DNA of 64,000 nt from Mobula birostris. Its lineage: Eukaryota. Under the pieces are notes generated by a model. The model ran no database searches, had not been told where the DNA came from, and was given only the letters and a program-made list of their open reading frames with translations. Below are positions 37,894 to 52,045 of this stretch, piece after piece; the stretch's first letter is position 1, and the number at the start of each line of letters is the position of its first letter. The position numbers were made by a program, and so were the translations under genes. The stretch spans positions 23,499,738 to 23,563,737 of the forward strand of contig NC_092396.1 of NCBI RefSeq assembly GCF_030028105.1. The letters run 5' to 3'.

Positions 37894-38004
37894 ATCTTGG
37901 GTTCAATTTGACATTCAAGATTTCAGATGATCCTGGTCTGTCTCTAATTAAACATGGAGAGTTTCTGTATGATCACCTCATAATTTTTTCACCGTCTGTG
38001 GAAG
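37894..38004 (+). CDS. DDOST: DDOST exon 2 ([37 protein letters not shown])
   Basis: tag/gtaag flanks, phase 1-1. Confidence 0.96.
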
Positions 38005-38544
38005 GTAAGGATGTTTTCTTGTATAAGATTTTTACTTGTAAATTCAGTTTTGATAGGTAGAAGTATCAGTAAGAAAGCACTTGTGGTGTAAATGTTATTC
38101 AGTATATGTAGCTTTCTCAGAGCAGCAAGGTCATAAAAGGGAAGCCTGTTTGCTTTATTACTTTATTTTTCTTGATATGATCTGAAACATCGTCTTTTAG
38201 CCAGCATTGCATGCTCTGCCCTCCATATACATTCAAATCTCTGCTACTCAGGTCCTGACGCACACCAAGTTCTGTTTGGTTATCATTCCTGTGTTTGCTG
38301 ACCAGTCTTGGTTGCTGGTTATGCAATGTTTTTCCTCTTCTTTATCTTAGTTTTTATTCTTCCCCACCCCCATCACTCTAGAACATCAAATCCTTACTTC
38401 CTCACTTTCTCTGCAGTGTCCTCCAGCCCTACAGTTTACTTCAGACATCTGCCTGTTCAGCTCTGATCACCCTGATCGTCCCTGAATTAAAGGTTCCCGG
38501 CACTCCAAGGTCCATTATATTTTTGATAACATCAATTGATATGT

Positions 38545-39025
38545 GATGGCCAGTGCTATCATGTTTGCTGTTGTGTGCTTGGGGCAGCAGGCTGTGGGTA
38601 GCAGACACCAACAGAATCAACAAACTCATTCGTAAGGCCAGTGACGTTGTGGGGATGGAACTGGACTCTCTCACGGTGGTGTCTGAAAAGAGGATGCTGT
38701 CTAAGTTGCATGCCATCTTGGACAATGTTTCCCATCCACTACATAATGGACTGGTTGGGCACAGGAGTACATTCAGCCAGAGACTCATTCCACCGAGATG
38801 CAACACGGAGCGTCATAGGAAATCATTCCTGCCTGTGGCCACCAAACTTTACAACTCCTTCCTTGGAGGGTCAGACACCCTGAGCCAATAGGCTGGTCCT
38901 GGACTTATTGCCTGGCATAATTTACATGTTACTATTTAATTATTTATGGTTTTATTACTATTTATTATTTATGGTGCAACTGTAACGAAAACCATTTTCC
39001 CTTGGGATCAATAAACTATGACTAT
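38545..39025 (+). mobile_element. Rex1-type LINE 3' fragment
   Basis: NRINKLIRKA...HPLH...RHRKSFLP motif; aataaa and ctatgactat tail. Confidence 0.8.
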
Positions 39026-39119
39026 ATATACAGTACACTTTGCTTTACTGCTACTAATATGACTTTGAAACATAATCCTTAAAATCCCAACTCTTTTGTC
39101 TGAACAAGGGTTCCCCTGC

Positions 39120-41030
39120 CCTGATAGATACTTCATTGATCCGAAAGGAAATTACTGTGTCACAGTAGCATTACGAGTGCACAGATATTAGAAGAGAAGT
39201 AAGAAAGAATAAAAATGGGTCACCCCAAACAGTCTAACAGGAGGGGGTCATCACTTCCTCTGCTATAGGTTGACTCATAGAATCTAATGACTGAGGGTAA
39301 GAATGACCTCATGTAGCGCTCTTTGGAGCTGCGCAGTTGTCTTAGATATTTACTAAAATTGCTTCGTTCAGCCAAGGTGGCGTGCAGAGGGTGAGAAACA
39401 CTATCCAGAATTGCCAGGATTTTCAGTAGGGTCCTTTGTTCTGCCACAGCCTCTAGTGTGTCCACTTTCATTCCTATAATAGAGCCAGTTTATTGAGCCT
39501 GTTGGCATCACCCGTGTTGATGCCATTGCCCCAGCACACCACCGCATAGAAGGTTGTACTGGCGACAACTGACTGGGAGAACATGTGAAGGAGAGGCCTG
39601 CAAACTCCAAAGGACCTCAGTCTCCTCAGGAAGAAGAAGCAACTCTGGCCCTTTTTGTACACAGTCTCTGTGTTGGTACTCCACTCGAGTCTGTTATCCA
39701 AGTGCATTCCAGATACTTCTAGGTCCTCACCACATCCACGTCCTCGCCATCTATAGTAACGGAGTAGTGCAGTCTTAGACTTCCTAGAATCCATCACCAT
39801 CTCCTTTGTTTTACTGATGTTGAGCTGCAGATGATTCAGCCTGCACTGTTTGACCAAGTCCTCCACCAGAGCCCTGTATTCATCCTCATGTCCTCCCTTT
39901 ATACACCCAGCTATTGCTGAGTCATCAGAGGATTTCTGCAGATGACATGACTCAGTGTTGCATCTAAAGTCTGAGGTATGCAGGGTAAACAGGAGGGAGC
40001 CAATGCAGTCCCCTGTGGGACCCCCGTGCTGTTTATAGCCATATCTGACACACATCTCTGAAGCGCACAAACTGTGGTCTGCCAGTCAGCGAATCCATTG
40101 TCCAGGATAAAATGGAAGTGCCAACCTGCATTGAACAGAGCTTTTCCCCCCCAGCAAAGAAGGCCGTGTGGTATTGAGGCATTTGAGAAATCAAACAACA
40201 TGATCCTCACAGTGCTGCCCTGCTTATCCAAATGGGAGTGGGTTCTGTTCAGCAGGTAGGTGACAGCATCGTCGACTCCAATGTGCTCCTGGTAGACAAA
40301 CTGCAGGGGATCGAGGGCTAATTTGACCAGGGGTCGGAGGTGAGCCAGGACCACACTCTCTAGGCTCAAGCGGTAGTCATTCAAGACTTTCGGTCGGCCC
40401 TTCTTGGGTACTGGACCACACATGATGTTTTCCACGCTGTCAGGACCCTTTCCTGGCTGAGACTCAGATTGAAAATGCACTGGAGACCTCCACACAGCTG
40501 CTCAGCACACTCCTTCAGGACCTTGGGGTTCACACCATCCGGTCCCGATGCTTTGCCGTGTCTGAGTTTCTCACCTGCTCAGTAGTGAAGGTGAGTCCAT
40601 GATCACTGGGGAGGGGGTTAGTGGAAGCTGGGGGCTGGGGGAGGTGAAAATCGGGATGATAGCAGTTGGTATGTGGAGGTGTGGATGGTAAATGCAGGGC
40701 AAGGAAGGGATGTAGACAGTGGTAGCCTGTGTTGTTTGTCCACATGTTGAACTGGGGGGGTGGACGTGGGGGGAGGCATTGGTGCTGAGGGAGTATCGGG
40801 TGCCTTGGTACCTGGACTGCTGTGCTGAGGGGGTGTGAACAGGAGGGAAATTAACTCATTAGCCCATTCATGGCTGCATTGAGACTCTACAACTGGGCTG
40901 GTTGAAGTCAGTGATGTTCTTTATGCCTCTCCACTCTCCACACCTCCCATGAGCTACTCTGCCCAAGCTTGTTCTCCAGCTCTCTCCTCTATTCCTCTTT
41001 AGCCACCTTGACCTTCTTCAGCTCTCTCTG
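39120..41030 (-). mobile_element. Rex1/Babar-type LINE RT fragment
   Basis: LDPLQF.YQ..GVDDA, GVPQGT, SDDSAI, LQLNISKTKEMVMD motifs. Confidence 0.85.
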
Positions 41031-41464
41031 CACATGATTCAATCCCTCCCTGTCTCCTGATCTCATTTTGTGGTTGAGAAGAGCCTTTAAATTTATACTT
41101 GAGCATCAATTTTTTGTTTTGGTTAAATTTAGCTGGTTTTTGAATGATGGAAGTAGCTTTAGGTTGTTTTATGTTAATATATGCTCCAGTAAGTAATGAC
41201 TTCATAATGTGTTTAGAATATTATTTCCGTGGACGTTTCATAATTTTGAAAACATGAAACGTGATGATGGGCAGTTGTGATAATGGTTGGAAAAACTTAA
41301 GGAAAAAATAAAGCAAAAATTGAAGTAGAAATTATTTACAGTTTGATTTAGGATTCTGTGAAATACTGAAGAAAAATCTAGCGTTGCAGTTGTAAATACA
41401 TAATTGGAACTTTGATAATGAAGTGACCCTTTATGCACAGCTTAGTTAATTTAAATTTAGTTCA

Positions 41465-42720
41465 TAAGCAAGAGAAAGGCTGCAGATGCTGGAGATCCAA
41501 AGCAACACACACAAAATGTGTGTTACAAAATGCTGGAGAAACTCAACAGGCCAGGCAGCTTCTATGGAAATGAATAAATAGTCAGTTTTGGGCTAAGACC
41601 CTTCTTGAGGACTGGAAAGGATGGGGGAAGACACCAGAATAAAAAGGTGGAGGGAGGGGAAGGAGGAGAAATAGAATGTGATGGGTGAAGCCAGATGGGG
41701 AGGAAAGGTAAAAAGCTGGAGAGGAAGGAGTCAGGTGGGAGAAGGGGGTGGATCATAGGAGGAGGGGACCCAGGGGGAAGTGATAGGCATCTGAGAAGCA
41801 GTAAGAGATCAGAGTGGGGAATAGAAGAAGGGGGAGGGGAGTAAATTTTTTTTAGCAGAAGGAGAAATCGATACTCATTCTGTCAGTTTGGATGCTACCC
41901 AGACAAAACATAAGGTGTTGCTCCTCGATATGAGGATGGCCTCATCATGGCACAAGTTGAGCCATGGACCAAAATGTCAGAACAGAAATGGGAATTAAAG
42001 GTGTTTGGCCACCGGGAAGTTCCACATTTGGCGGATGGAGTGGAGGTGCTCGACAGAGCGGCCGCCCAATTTACGATGGGTTTCACCAATGAGGAGGAGG
42101 CCGCATCGGGAGCACAGGAGACAATAGACGAACCCAGCAGATTTGCAGGTGAAGTGTTGCCTCACCTGAAGGACTGTTTGGGGACTTGATTGGAGGAGAT
42201 GGACAGTTGTAGCACTTCAGCCACTTGCCGGGAGGGAGATTAGTGAGGATGGACGAATGGACGAAGCAATCACAGAGGGAGTGATCCTCGCAGAAAGCAG
42301 GGTGGGGTGGGGGAGGTAGGATCCCTTTGGAGATGGAGGAAGTTGCAGAGAATAATTTATTGGGTGCAGAGGCCAATGGGGTGTTGGGTGAAGACAAGAA
42401 GAACTCTATTACTATTAGGGCGGCTGGAAGAGTGTGTGAGCATGGATGTGTGGGAAATGGAGGAGATATGTGTGGAGGAAGGGAGGCCCATTCTTTGAAG
42501 GAAGACGACATCTCTGATGTTCTGGAGAGGAAAGCTGCATCCTGGGAATTGATGTGGTGGACACAATAGCAAGGGAATAGCATTTTTATAGGTGACAGGA
42601 TGGGAAGGGGTATCGTCAAAGATTACTGTGCGAACTGGTAGGTTTTAAAAGATGTTGGTTGAAAGCTTGTCTCCAGAGATGGAGATGGACATCAAGAAAG
42701 GGGAAGGAGGTGTCAGAAAT
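41465..42720 (-). mobile_element. Penelope-like element 3' part in DDOST intron 2
   Basis: RT C-terminus and GIY-YIG remnants; degenerate hammerhead near 41580-41615; tail. Confidence 0.8.
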
Positions 42721-43815
42721 AGTGGCTATGTTTATTTTTGGTGGCTTTTGTGGGCCAAGTAGGCAGCACTGCTGTTGGGATAGACTAATGTCAGATAGCC
42801 TAGGAATTATATTGGACTAGCAAATAGAGTTCTGTACCATGGGTCCAGGTAGGCAGGCAGGTGCATTTGGGTTCCACCATGGAAAATGGAATTTAGCTTC
42901 AATGACAAAATAAATCTGCAGATTAAAAAATTGCTAGTTTCAGGGATGGCACCCACAAAAACTACTGGATTGCTGTCCTTGGTCTGCCTTGGGAAACTCA
43001 GACCCACCAATGTTATTGACTAGCTGCCTCCTGTTCGGGTTCAATTAAACATGGATAATTTAAAAAAAAGGTGTGTGTGTTGTATGGAAAATAAAATAAA
43101 TATCCTGTGATTCATTGACCTTAAGCAGAGTGTGAACAAGTCGTTTAATGAGAGATTAGCACAAACCAATGTGACCCTTGTACAGTACTGTGGGTCTTGC
43201 AACAGTTTCTGAACAGTAAGACCTTCAGCCAGTTTTCCCTTCGTAAATGAAGGCGTGAAGATCTGTCAAGTGAATTGAAAGCAGCCAATTTAATGTTGAC
43301 TAAAGATATGATCTGTCTTTGGTTTTCTATGGATTTGTGTAGCATTGAAGGTAAGTTTGATAGCGTAAAATTACTGATCAACCTTTTTTTGTGCAGTTGA
43401 ACAGATTAAAAACATACGATAAACTTTTCATGTGCTATTGCATTTTCCACCTTGCTGCAAACAGTCAGGAATTACATAAAATATTAGAGGCAAAGGCTTT
43501 GAACGGAGAAAGTGCAGGAACAACAGAGGATTTTAAAAGAAGTCACGTTGAAGTAGATTATATAAGACCATTGCCCTTAAGGAATTGTAGCTTTTTGTCT
43601 TGTGGTGCACATTGGCTGATAAAAGGATTATGGTATGTACACTGCCGTGTATTGTCAGTGTATAAAATGTTGGATCAAGTGGAACTTCTGAAAGAAAAGA
43701 CAGTTGAGAGCTGATGCATTGGAACAAGTGGGTGTTAGAGCTGTGTTTTACTTGTTACAGAACAGCTAGAAAGGATAAAAAATTGGGATTAATGGAAATT
43801 TGCTTTTGTTTTCAG

Positions 43816-43902
43816 ATTTCGGAGGCAACATTAATGTTGACACTATTGCCACATTCATTGATGGAGGTGGAAATGTACTGGTCGCTGCGAGCTCCGACAT
43901 TG
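43816..43902 (+). CDS. DDOST: DDOST exon 3 ([29 protein letters not shown])
   Basis: ttcag/gtaag flanks; conserved OST48 motif. Confidence 0.96.
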
Positions 43903-44439
43903 GTAAGCATAAGGAATAAATACTACATCTGAAATGATCTTGGTCTCTTGAGTAGTTCAACAGTGTAAATTTTAGGCTTGGTTTTTTAAAAAAAAAAGCC
44001 TCTATGTACAATAAACATCATTACCTTGGGATGTTTCAAAGTTTTTAACAGTCATTAAAATACCTTTGAGGTTTAGGCACTGTTTTAACATATGAAGCGT
44101 GTCAGCCAATTTGTGGCAAAAAGGACCCACAAATGGTTTTAAAAGAAAAATGCTTGCTACTCACTGTTGGTTTTGACAGTGATGCACTTTGTCAGAACCT
44201 GTGGTGGTCAGTGAGATCTTTTATATCTGTTTTTTTTTTAATCAACATTTGGATTTAAATCAACATTTTAAATCCAAAGGAAAATATCTCGAACACTCTA
44301 TCAAGACTGATGGTTTGCATTGAATTTGTGGGAATGTGTGTGCATACAGAAAAGGTTGCAGTATTCCAAAAGATCAATATCTTTCTCAAATTTAAATTTA
44401 TGAATTTTCAGGGTAAATGAGCTAAACTAAGGTTATAAT

Positions 44440-45330
44440 CTTGCAAAAGGAAAATTCTGCAGATATGTTCATCTGAAATACGTAAATGCTGGAAATATTT
44501 AGAAGCTCGGAATGCATTTCTGGAGAGGGAAACAGTTGGTGTTTAATGTCAGTTATCTATCACCGGAGCATTTGACTTTTGAAATAAATATTTTAAGGTA
44601 TAGAAAAAGGGGAACAGAAAAAGAGATTCTGTTACACAGTGAAGGACAAAAGGGTATAGTAATGGGTCAAGAAAAGAATTGGAAACATGGAGTAAGAGAA
44701 ACAGCTGAAATCTTTGAACTCAGTTTTGCGATCACAAGGCTGTATTGTATTGTGCCCAACAAAAAAAGCATGGTTCTATAAACTTGTGTTAAGTCTATTG
44801 GAACAGTTTAGAAGGTCAATGTCAGATAGGGATCTAGTTAGTGGCACGCAGCTGTAAGCTTGGGATTGCATTTATAGACTAATTGAAAGAATTCTGCAAA
44901 ATAGTTACTTCAAAAAGGGGAATACCATTTTGAAAAGTGAAAACATACTAATGTGGAAGCACATGTAGGTTACTGTGTGATGTGGATGATGTCTCTGACT
45001 AGTGAAAAGGGAGGAGATGAAAAGGAATTTATTTCTTTGCTACAATTTTCATGGTAAGTTGCTCTGGGAAGAACTGGGATTGTTGGTGATTTGAAAAGTG
45101 AATCACACTGTCATAGGTCAGAATTAATTCAGATTGCTGAAGGGGAAGGGTGGCTGTGGTGGGAGGAAATGTGTGCTAAGTGATGGCATCTTGCTAATAT
45201 CACAGAAATGGCAGACAATATGAAGACTGGTGAAGGGAAAGTAAGAACAAGATGAATCCTGTTGGGAAGGAGTGGAGATATGGGAAACATAATGGACATG
45301 GTCAAGGATTTATCACGGGAAAGGAAAGGA
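44440..45330 (-). mobile_element. Old, highly decayed Penelope-like fragment
   Basis: attctgcagat...aatgctggaa tail and weak similarity to younger copies. Confidence 0.4.
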
Positions 45331-45450
45331 TTACAACTTTTGGTTGCTCATTGAATAATGAAGTTGATGGTGTTGTGGAGATTGACCACAGGTAGAATTT
45401 TTAACTGAATATAATTGGAACTTGGGCTGCATCGCTGATAGTGTATTTAA

Positions 45451-45600
<150 letters not shown>

Positions 45601-45763
45601 TGATGAATAGTAGTGTCTCTCCAGCTAACTTGGTGAGATATCTGCTTGATAATAATAGAGCCCATGCTTGTGGTCATAAATCTTGGACATTTTTAGTGCA
45701 CGTATGCTGAATTTTAGCTGTCAGAATAATGAACGTTACTGCTGAGGAATAGATACACTAGAC

Positions 45764-45842
45764 CTGGGGTTCCTAACCCTTTTATGCCATGGATCAATAC
45801 CATTAAGCAAGGGGTCCATGTACCCCAGGTTGGGAACCCCTG
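45764..45842. mobile_element. 79-bp hAT (Charlie-like) MITE
   Basis: TIRs ctggggttcctaacc / ggttgggaacccctg; 8-bp TSD CACTAGAC / CACTAGAT. Confidence 0.8.
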
Positions 45843-46070
45843 CACTAGATTGTTATAGAGTTAAAACTTGCGACTTTATTTAACACATATTTAAGATGAC
45901 TTGCAATATAATTCTTAAAATCTTAATTCTGGATATGTTTAATTAATGTTAACAATGTTCAAAATATTAAATATTGTGAAATAATTCAAGAAATTTACAA
46001 TGAAGATAATTTCATTAAGAACATTGTGTTCAGGCATATTGAGTTGATTAATGCTTTGTTGTTTCCAAAG

Positions 46071-46165
46071 CACACCCTGATCATTGCTGACAGTGATCAA
46101 TTGCTGAAGGCTCCCACCATTGTGGGGAAGCGGCCAACAAACCCCCTTTTATTCCGAGGAGTTGG
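46071..46165 (+). CDS. DDOST: DDOST exon 5 ([32 protein letters not shown])
   Basis: aag/gtaag flanks. Confidence 0.95.
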
Positions 46166-47017
46166 GTAAGTACTTTATTCCATTTACACCTTCTGTACAG
46201 CAAATCTGTAACAGGATCTATAAAACAGTTAGCTGCAAACTTGATCATTAAATACTTACAAATTGTGACTTGCAGCTCCGAATTACTGTACCTTTTAAGA
46301 GCTTAGTGATAAACTTGTGTTGATAAATAACTGGTTAACACTGGAATATCTAATTTTCCATTGGGAGAGACTAGTTTTTTTTTTAATTTAATAGTGTCAG
46401 AAATGGTGTCCGTGAACAGCTAATGTTTTCCCTCATCAATTTCAGTATCACACTCACTACCCAGTTCTTCTAAAGGATCTCTCACACATGAATGTTCAAA
46501 ATTGAATACTTTAGCAGGGATTCTTGACAAGAACTTTAGAAAACATTTTAAGGGATTCACATTTGTGTCAGACTTGAGGAAAGATGCCCAGAGGCACGAA
46601 GGAGAGATGGATCTTGAAACTTCTGAAGGTGATTGGAGGGTTTAGGGAAATTAAGTCTTAAGAAACAGCGTGTATGGAGAGATGAGATGACTGAGAGGTC
46701 TTTTAGTAATGGAGTGTGTTGGGAATATATGGTATCTCACAAGTAGCAGAAAACACATGAAGCATGTGTATAATGTGTTGGAAGTAGAGGGGGTATAGTA
46801 CGTGAACCAAGGATGTAACAAGCAACAGCAACAACTGGGGAGGGGAAAATTCCTCACTTGCAGTTCAGGTGGCTAATATTTGCAAATAAATGAACATCAT
46901 ATGTTTTGATATATTACAGTAACTTTTCTCTAGAAAACCAATCAAAGTATTTGTATTTAAAACCTATAATAGGAGTAAATTATTCAATTATCCTTGTGGC
47001 TATATCTAGGCCCTTAA

Positions 47018-47170
<153 letters not shown>

Positions 47171-47639
47171 TAATCTCTTTCCTTGAAGCCCTAAAGTGCT
47201 TAAAGACAGTTCTATAAGTATCCTGATTCCCTATTCAAGGTACCAATTTTTACATGAGAATAAAATTAAAGTGCATGAGTATGTTATTTGATCAATAAAT
47301 CACTACCAGGCTTAATTCTAGCATCTTTGGGCCATTTATAAAGGGTCAAGATTAGGGAAGGTAGTTGAATTGTTTCTCTGCTTAAGGCCAAAGTTGAATT
47401 GTTTTGCTGCTTGTTTGAGGAAGGCTAACTCGACATACGAGACAGACTGAATGGGATTTAGGTCAAGAGAACTGCAACTTTCCTGCGTTTGGAGGATTTA
47501 GAGGAATGAACTCTAGGGAGATTGTAATTCTGAAAGCATTGAATCCACTGTAAAGTGCAGTAGTATCTGCACTTTGCTTTGTGTTTCAACCTTGGGTTAA
47601 TTTCACTGCTCAATAATAAGCATAGTGAGTGAAAGTGAT

Positions 47640-48000
47640 GCAAATGTTTTCTGAAACAAATTGTGAGGCACCTTGAAAGTGTAAAGGTGGAGGGGATATT
47701 TCCTCCCTATGGCACTCTAGAGCCAACGGTCTCAAAAACATCGCTCATTTAAGACTGAGCCCATTTTTTCCCCCCTCACTTGAGGTTTGTCAGTATTTGG
47801 AACTCCTGAAAGGACAGAGGAAGACAATTCTTTGGATCTTTTTAAGGCAGAGGTGCATAGGTTCCTAATAAGCACAGGATTGAAAGGTTATCCCAGGTAG
47901 ATTGGAATACAGAGTTGAGATTACAGTGAAATTAGCCATGATTTGAAAGGCAGGGCAAACTCTAATGGCCAATGGCTTACTCTTGCTCCTACTTTTGTTT
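47640..48000 (+). mobile_element. Decayed CR1 3' fragment
   Basis: Similar to the CR1 3' end at 6120-6478. Confidence 0.5.
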
Positions 48001-48284
48001 TTGTAATATATTTGTAGTCTAGATGATGGGAACTAGTGAGATATGTATTAAGTGCTCTGGGTATTCTATCCTAATGCACTATAAAGCAAACTAGGAAGTT
48101 TGTGCACGGTCCAGTTAATCTCCTACTGAGTAAAAAAAAAATTAATGTTTTGGAGTTTATATTTTGAGCAATATTGCAACACCTGTTGTATAAATAAAAT
48201 GCAAATTATATTTGCATGCATTTGTATATAAAATAGGGAATGGCTTAGTTATGGTAAGCATCTGGATTTTCCACCTTTTGCTAG

Positions 48285-48433
48285 TATCCTCATGCTGTGG
48301 GGAAGAACACCCTGCTGATTGCTGGACTCCAAGCACGGAACAATGCTAGAGCTGTCTTCAGTGGTTCTATCGATTTCTTCAGTGATGCCTTCTTTGAATC
48401 TGCTGTGCAGAAAGCAGTCCCGGGTGCTGAACG
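48285..48433 (+). CDS. DDOST: DDOST exon 7 ([22 protein letters not shown]...)
   Basis: QARNNAR motif; ctag/gtaag flanks. Confidence 0.97.
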
Positions 48434-49262
48434 GTAAGATCAGATATCAAAGATCATGCAAAGTTTTTGTTTGCTTCTCTGACTACAGTTTATTAATTGT
48501 TTCTAGTTTGCAAAAAGGAAATGGCAAAGGCGTGTTTCTTTTATGTCCATCAGCTGTGCTGCTTGAACCATTGCAGTTCTGCAACTAACAAAATGCTTAC
48601 AGTGGCATTTTGTCTAAATTCTAACCATTGGCGATGAAGTCTAATTCTTAACGGATGCTTGGAGATTACATTACTTTCAGGATTTTAATGTTCCTGTTTT
48701 GATGATAGAGTTCGATGGGAAGAGCAGTGCAGTTGAAAGCTTGCAGTATTCAGACCTAAAAAAATAGAATGTGCTGCAGTCACATCACACAAATGATCAC
48801 TGAGTTCATGGCAAGGGCAGTAATCTGTGTCGTGTCCTGGTGATTTGATTCTGAGTTTAATTTGTTCTCTCAGTTGCCCTAACTAGGTGGGTGCTGTTTA
48901 TTTCAATGAATTCTGACTGAAGCTTCATACGGTAAAACTGATGATTTTGGCAACCTTGGTATACTGGACAGGCAGATTTCATGGATTTTTACATATTTCT
49001 TGTGTTAGTGCCCCAAACTTCATTTATTTACATACATGTTAGAGTAATATAATACCTTTTTCAGTGAACAAAATGAGTTTAAAGAGAGCTTAGAAGTGGA
49101 ACCTGTTAAGTTCAAAGGGAGCACGGAAAACGGGACTCCAGTGAGTTTATAAAGACTGTGGGAAGTCGGGGCTTAAGTGAGTTTAAAGGGAGTGCAGGAA
49201 ACGTTGGTGTGACATGAGTGGAGAGTTGTACAACACTTTTTGCTTGAATTCTTTGAATTCAG

Positions 49263-49410
49263 ATTTCCAAAAACTGGGAATTTTGAACTGGCAATGGCAC
49301 TGTCCCGCTGGGTATTCAAAGAGGAAGGAGTTCTCCGTGTTGGAAAGGTGTCTCACCACCCTGTTGGGGAAACCAATCCACCAAATGCCTATACCATAAC
49401 TGATCTGGTG
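49263..49410 (+). CDS. DDOST: DDOST exon 8 ([26 protein letters not shown]...AYTITDLV)
   Basis: tcag/gtaag flanks; matches ORF 49240..49443. Confidence 0.96.
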
Positions 49411-51128
49411 GTAAGTATTGATGAAAATTTATTAATTATTTAAACATTTTTTTTCAATGGCTAACTTAGAAACTATATTGAATTAATTGCGTGATATGAA
49501 TTTGCAGATACAAGTGTGGCACACAGAGGGTTCAACATTGCAAGAATTACACAAGCAAATTCTAATTTTCTTGACTGAATTGGCAAAGGCAATATCACAC
49601 TTTGCCAGCAAGTTTCCACTCTGCCACTGCGCTGAGTTTATCTTTCTCAGCAGAGTGGCAGTACAATTGAACTCAGTGGCCTTATGCAGAACAACACAGT
49701 GCTTAAAGAATGGGAATTTCAAATGTTAAGAAAGAATTGGGAGAAGTTGAAGAATAAGGTTACAGGAGGTTTGTTTGTACAGAGAGTTGCATTCTAATGA
49801 GGTTTAGTAGATAAGTAATGCACCATTACTTGGGAGTTTGCAAATTGAGTGAAGTGGAACTTCAAAAGAGATCATGGAGGGATTTGTGGGCGTTAGGATT
49901 TGCTGAGTTATGCAGCTGTTATTGTAATTTTCTTGCTGTGGACTTTATTGTGGGGAGGCTTGACGTTTAAGTTATAGACTTAAGTGCAAAGAGGAAATTT
50001 TTAAATGATGTAACTGACACCACTTATCCATCCTCTTCAAGAGAGGGGATAAAAAGTTAAAATTAGGATTGGGTGATGTCTTCCCTTTTACTTGGTGAAT
50101 GTGTTTCAGCAATATCCTTGATGCTGGGACATCACTGATGGAATTCATACTTACATTTGTGTCAGTGTTCACTTGACTCATTTTCCTTTTTAAGTTGTGG
50201 CAGCTAGAACATAAAACAAGCTTTCCCTGTACCAGTGATGATGTCAATTAACTACTCGAGCATAAAATGAGCTTGTATTGGAAGTGCTTTCATGCATGTT
50301 TACTTGGGATGGGAGCTAGTTTAAACAGTTGAAGTATTTTAAACAATTTATAAATCTTTCATAATTTCAATTATGGATCTAGTGTGGGGAAATGGTTTCA
50401 TTACAGAGTGGTTTTAAAAAAAGGTTGGCATGGATGTGAGCCAAAAGGTGATTTTCTGTGGTGTAAAATTCAATGCTCTTTGACTTTGTATTGTTTCCCT
50501 TAAGATGATCTGTTAACACCTATCAATTCCTGCAGTATTTTTGGCTACTTGCAGTTTGTATGGGGTCTGTTTAATTTGCTTGCAAATTGATTTAATATAT
50601 TAAAGTTTGCAAACCCAGATTATGCTTTCACTTCCTGAAGGTGAGCCACTCCCACCACTCGAAGATATCATGATATTCCTTGGTTTTCTTTTGAACTGTT
50701 ACTTTTAGCCCATTTCTCACTGCCTTCACAGATCAAAGGATTAGTTTCATACTTAGTGACATAATCATATCCTTGGCTCATACTCTGAAACTAGAACAGA
50801 TTTAGTTACAGCACTGTTGTCGTTAGGGAGTTTGGGTAAACTCTACTGTCATTTGTTTAGAATAAAGCTTTACATTTTTAAGTGAGTGAAAATGGTGTGA
50901 GACAAGACCTAAATACTTCATAAAGAAATAGTACTAAGTGATGGAACATTAAAATAAATTATTAGATGCTGATTGAGTTCCTATTTAGGTCCCTGATTCT
51001 TTTATTAATTAAATATTCAATACCTGTTGTTTATTTTTTTTTTGGAGGTCACATTCTGTTATCATTGTGGACTCAGCAGTAATGGTCCAAGAAATTTGTG
51101 ATGATGGTAATGTTTTCTTTTGGTACAG

Positions 51129-51249
51129 GAATATAGCATTGTTATTGAAAAACTCTCCAATGGGGAGTGGATCCCATTTGATGGGGATGACATTCAACTG
51201 GAGTTTGTTCGCATTGATCCCTTTGTTAGAACCTACCTAAAGAAAAATG
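51129..51249 (+). CDS. DDOST: DDOST exon 9 ([40 protein letters not shown])
   Basis: acag/gtaag flanks. Confidence 0.96.
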
Positions 51250-51789
51250 GTAAGTAGAATGACCTAATGTCAGGCAAAGTAACATGTTTTCATGCATTTG
51301 AATTAAGAATATGATGGGTTATTGGCTGAAATCTGCCAGTTTTTTTTCTGTGAGCATTTAATATCTAATTTAAATTGTTCCACCAGGATTTGCTGCTGCT
51401 CTGGTGGGCCTGGGTGAATCATTCAAGAAATTTGGGAGGGGGAGGTTTGTAACCTGAGAATACAAGATGCTGAATGAGTTTCTACGTTCATAGATTATAC
51501 TCCCTCGACAAAAATCCTTAAGTATGACAGTTTGGTTAAATTTTACTTGGATTGTTGCATGAGTAGTTAGGAACCTGGAGTATATTTACATTTCTCTAAC
51601 AACACCCTCTCTGCACCAAGGAAAACTCATTCCAAGTTAAATGTACTTTTGGAATTCCATCTGGGATTGGGAAATGGCTGTCATGATTTATCTTGAAGAT
51701 AATGGTCACGATAGTTAACACTACCAGTAATCCAGAGACTTGCAAAGCAGTTTGGAAATTCTATAATTAGTGGTGTTTGCTTATGGAGA

Positions 51790-52045
51790 TACAGAGTGGA
51801 ATAGGCCCTTCTGGCTCTTTGACCCATGTTGCCGAGCAATTCCCTGATTTAATCCCTGCCTAATCATGGGACACTTTACATTGACCAACTAACCTAACAA
51901 CAGGTACACCTTTGGACTGTGGGAGGAAACTGGAGCACCTGGAGGAAACCCATGCAATCACGGGGAGAATGTACAAACTCCTTACAGGCAGCAGTGGGAA
52001 TTGAACCTGGGTCACCAGTACTACTGTAAAGCATTATGCTAACGA
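51790..52045 (-). mobile_element. tRNA-derived V-SINE-like element
   Basis: Minus strand: GGTTCAATTCC B box followed by ggagtttgtacattctccccgtg...gggtttcctccaggtgctccagtttcctcccaca V-domain-like core. Confidence 0.7.
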
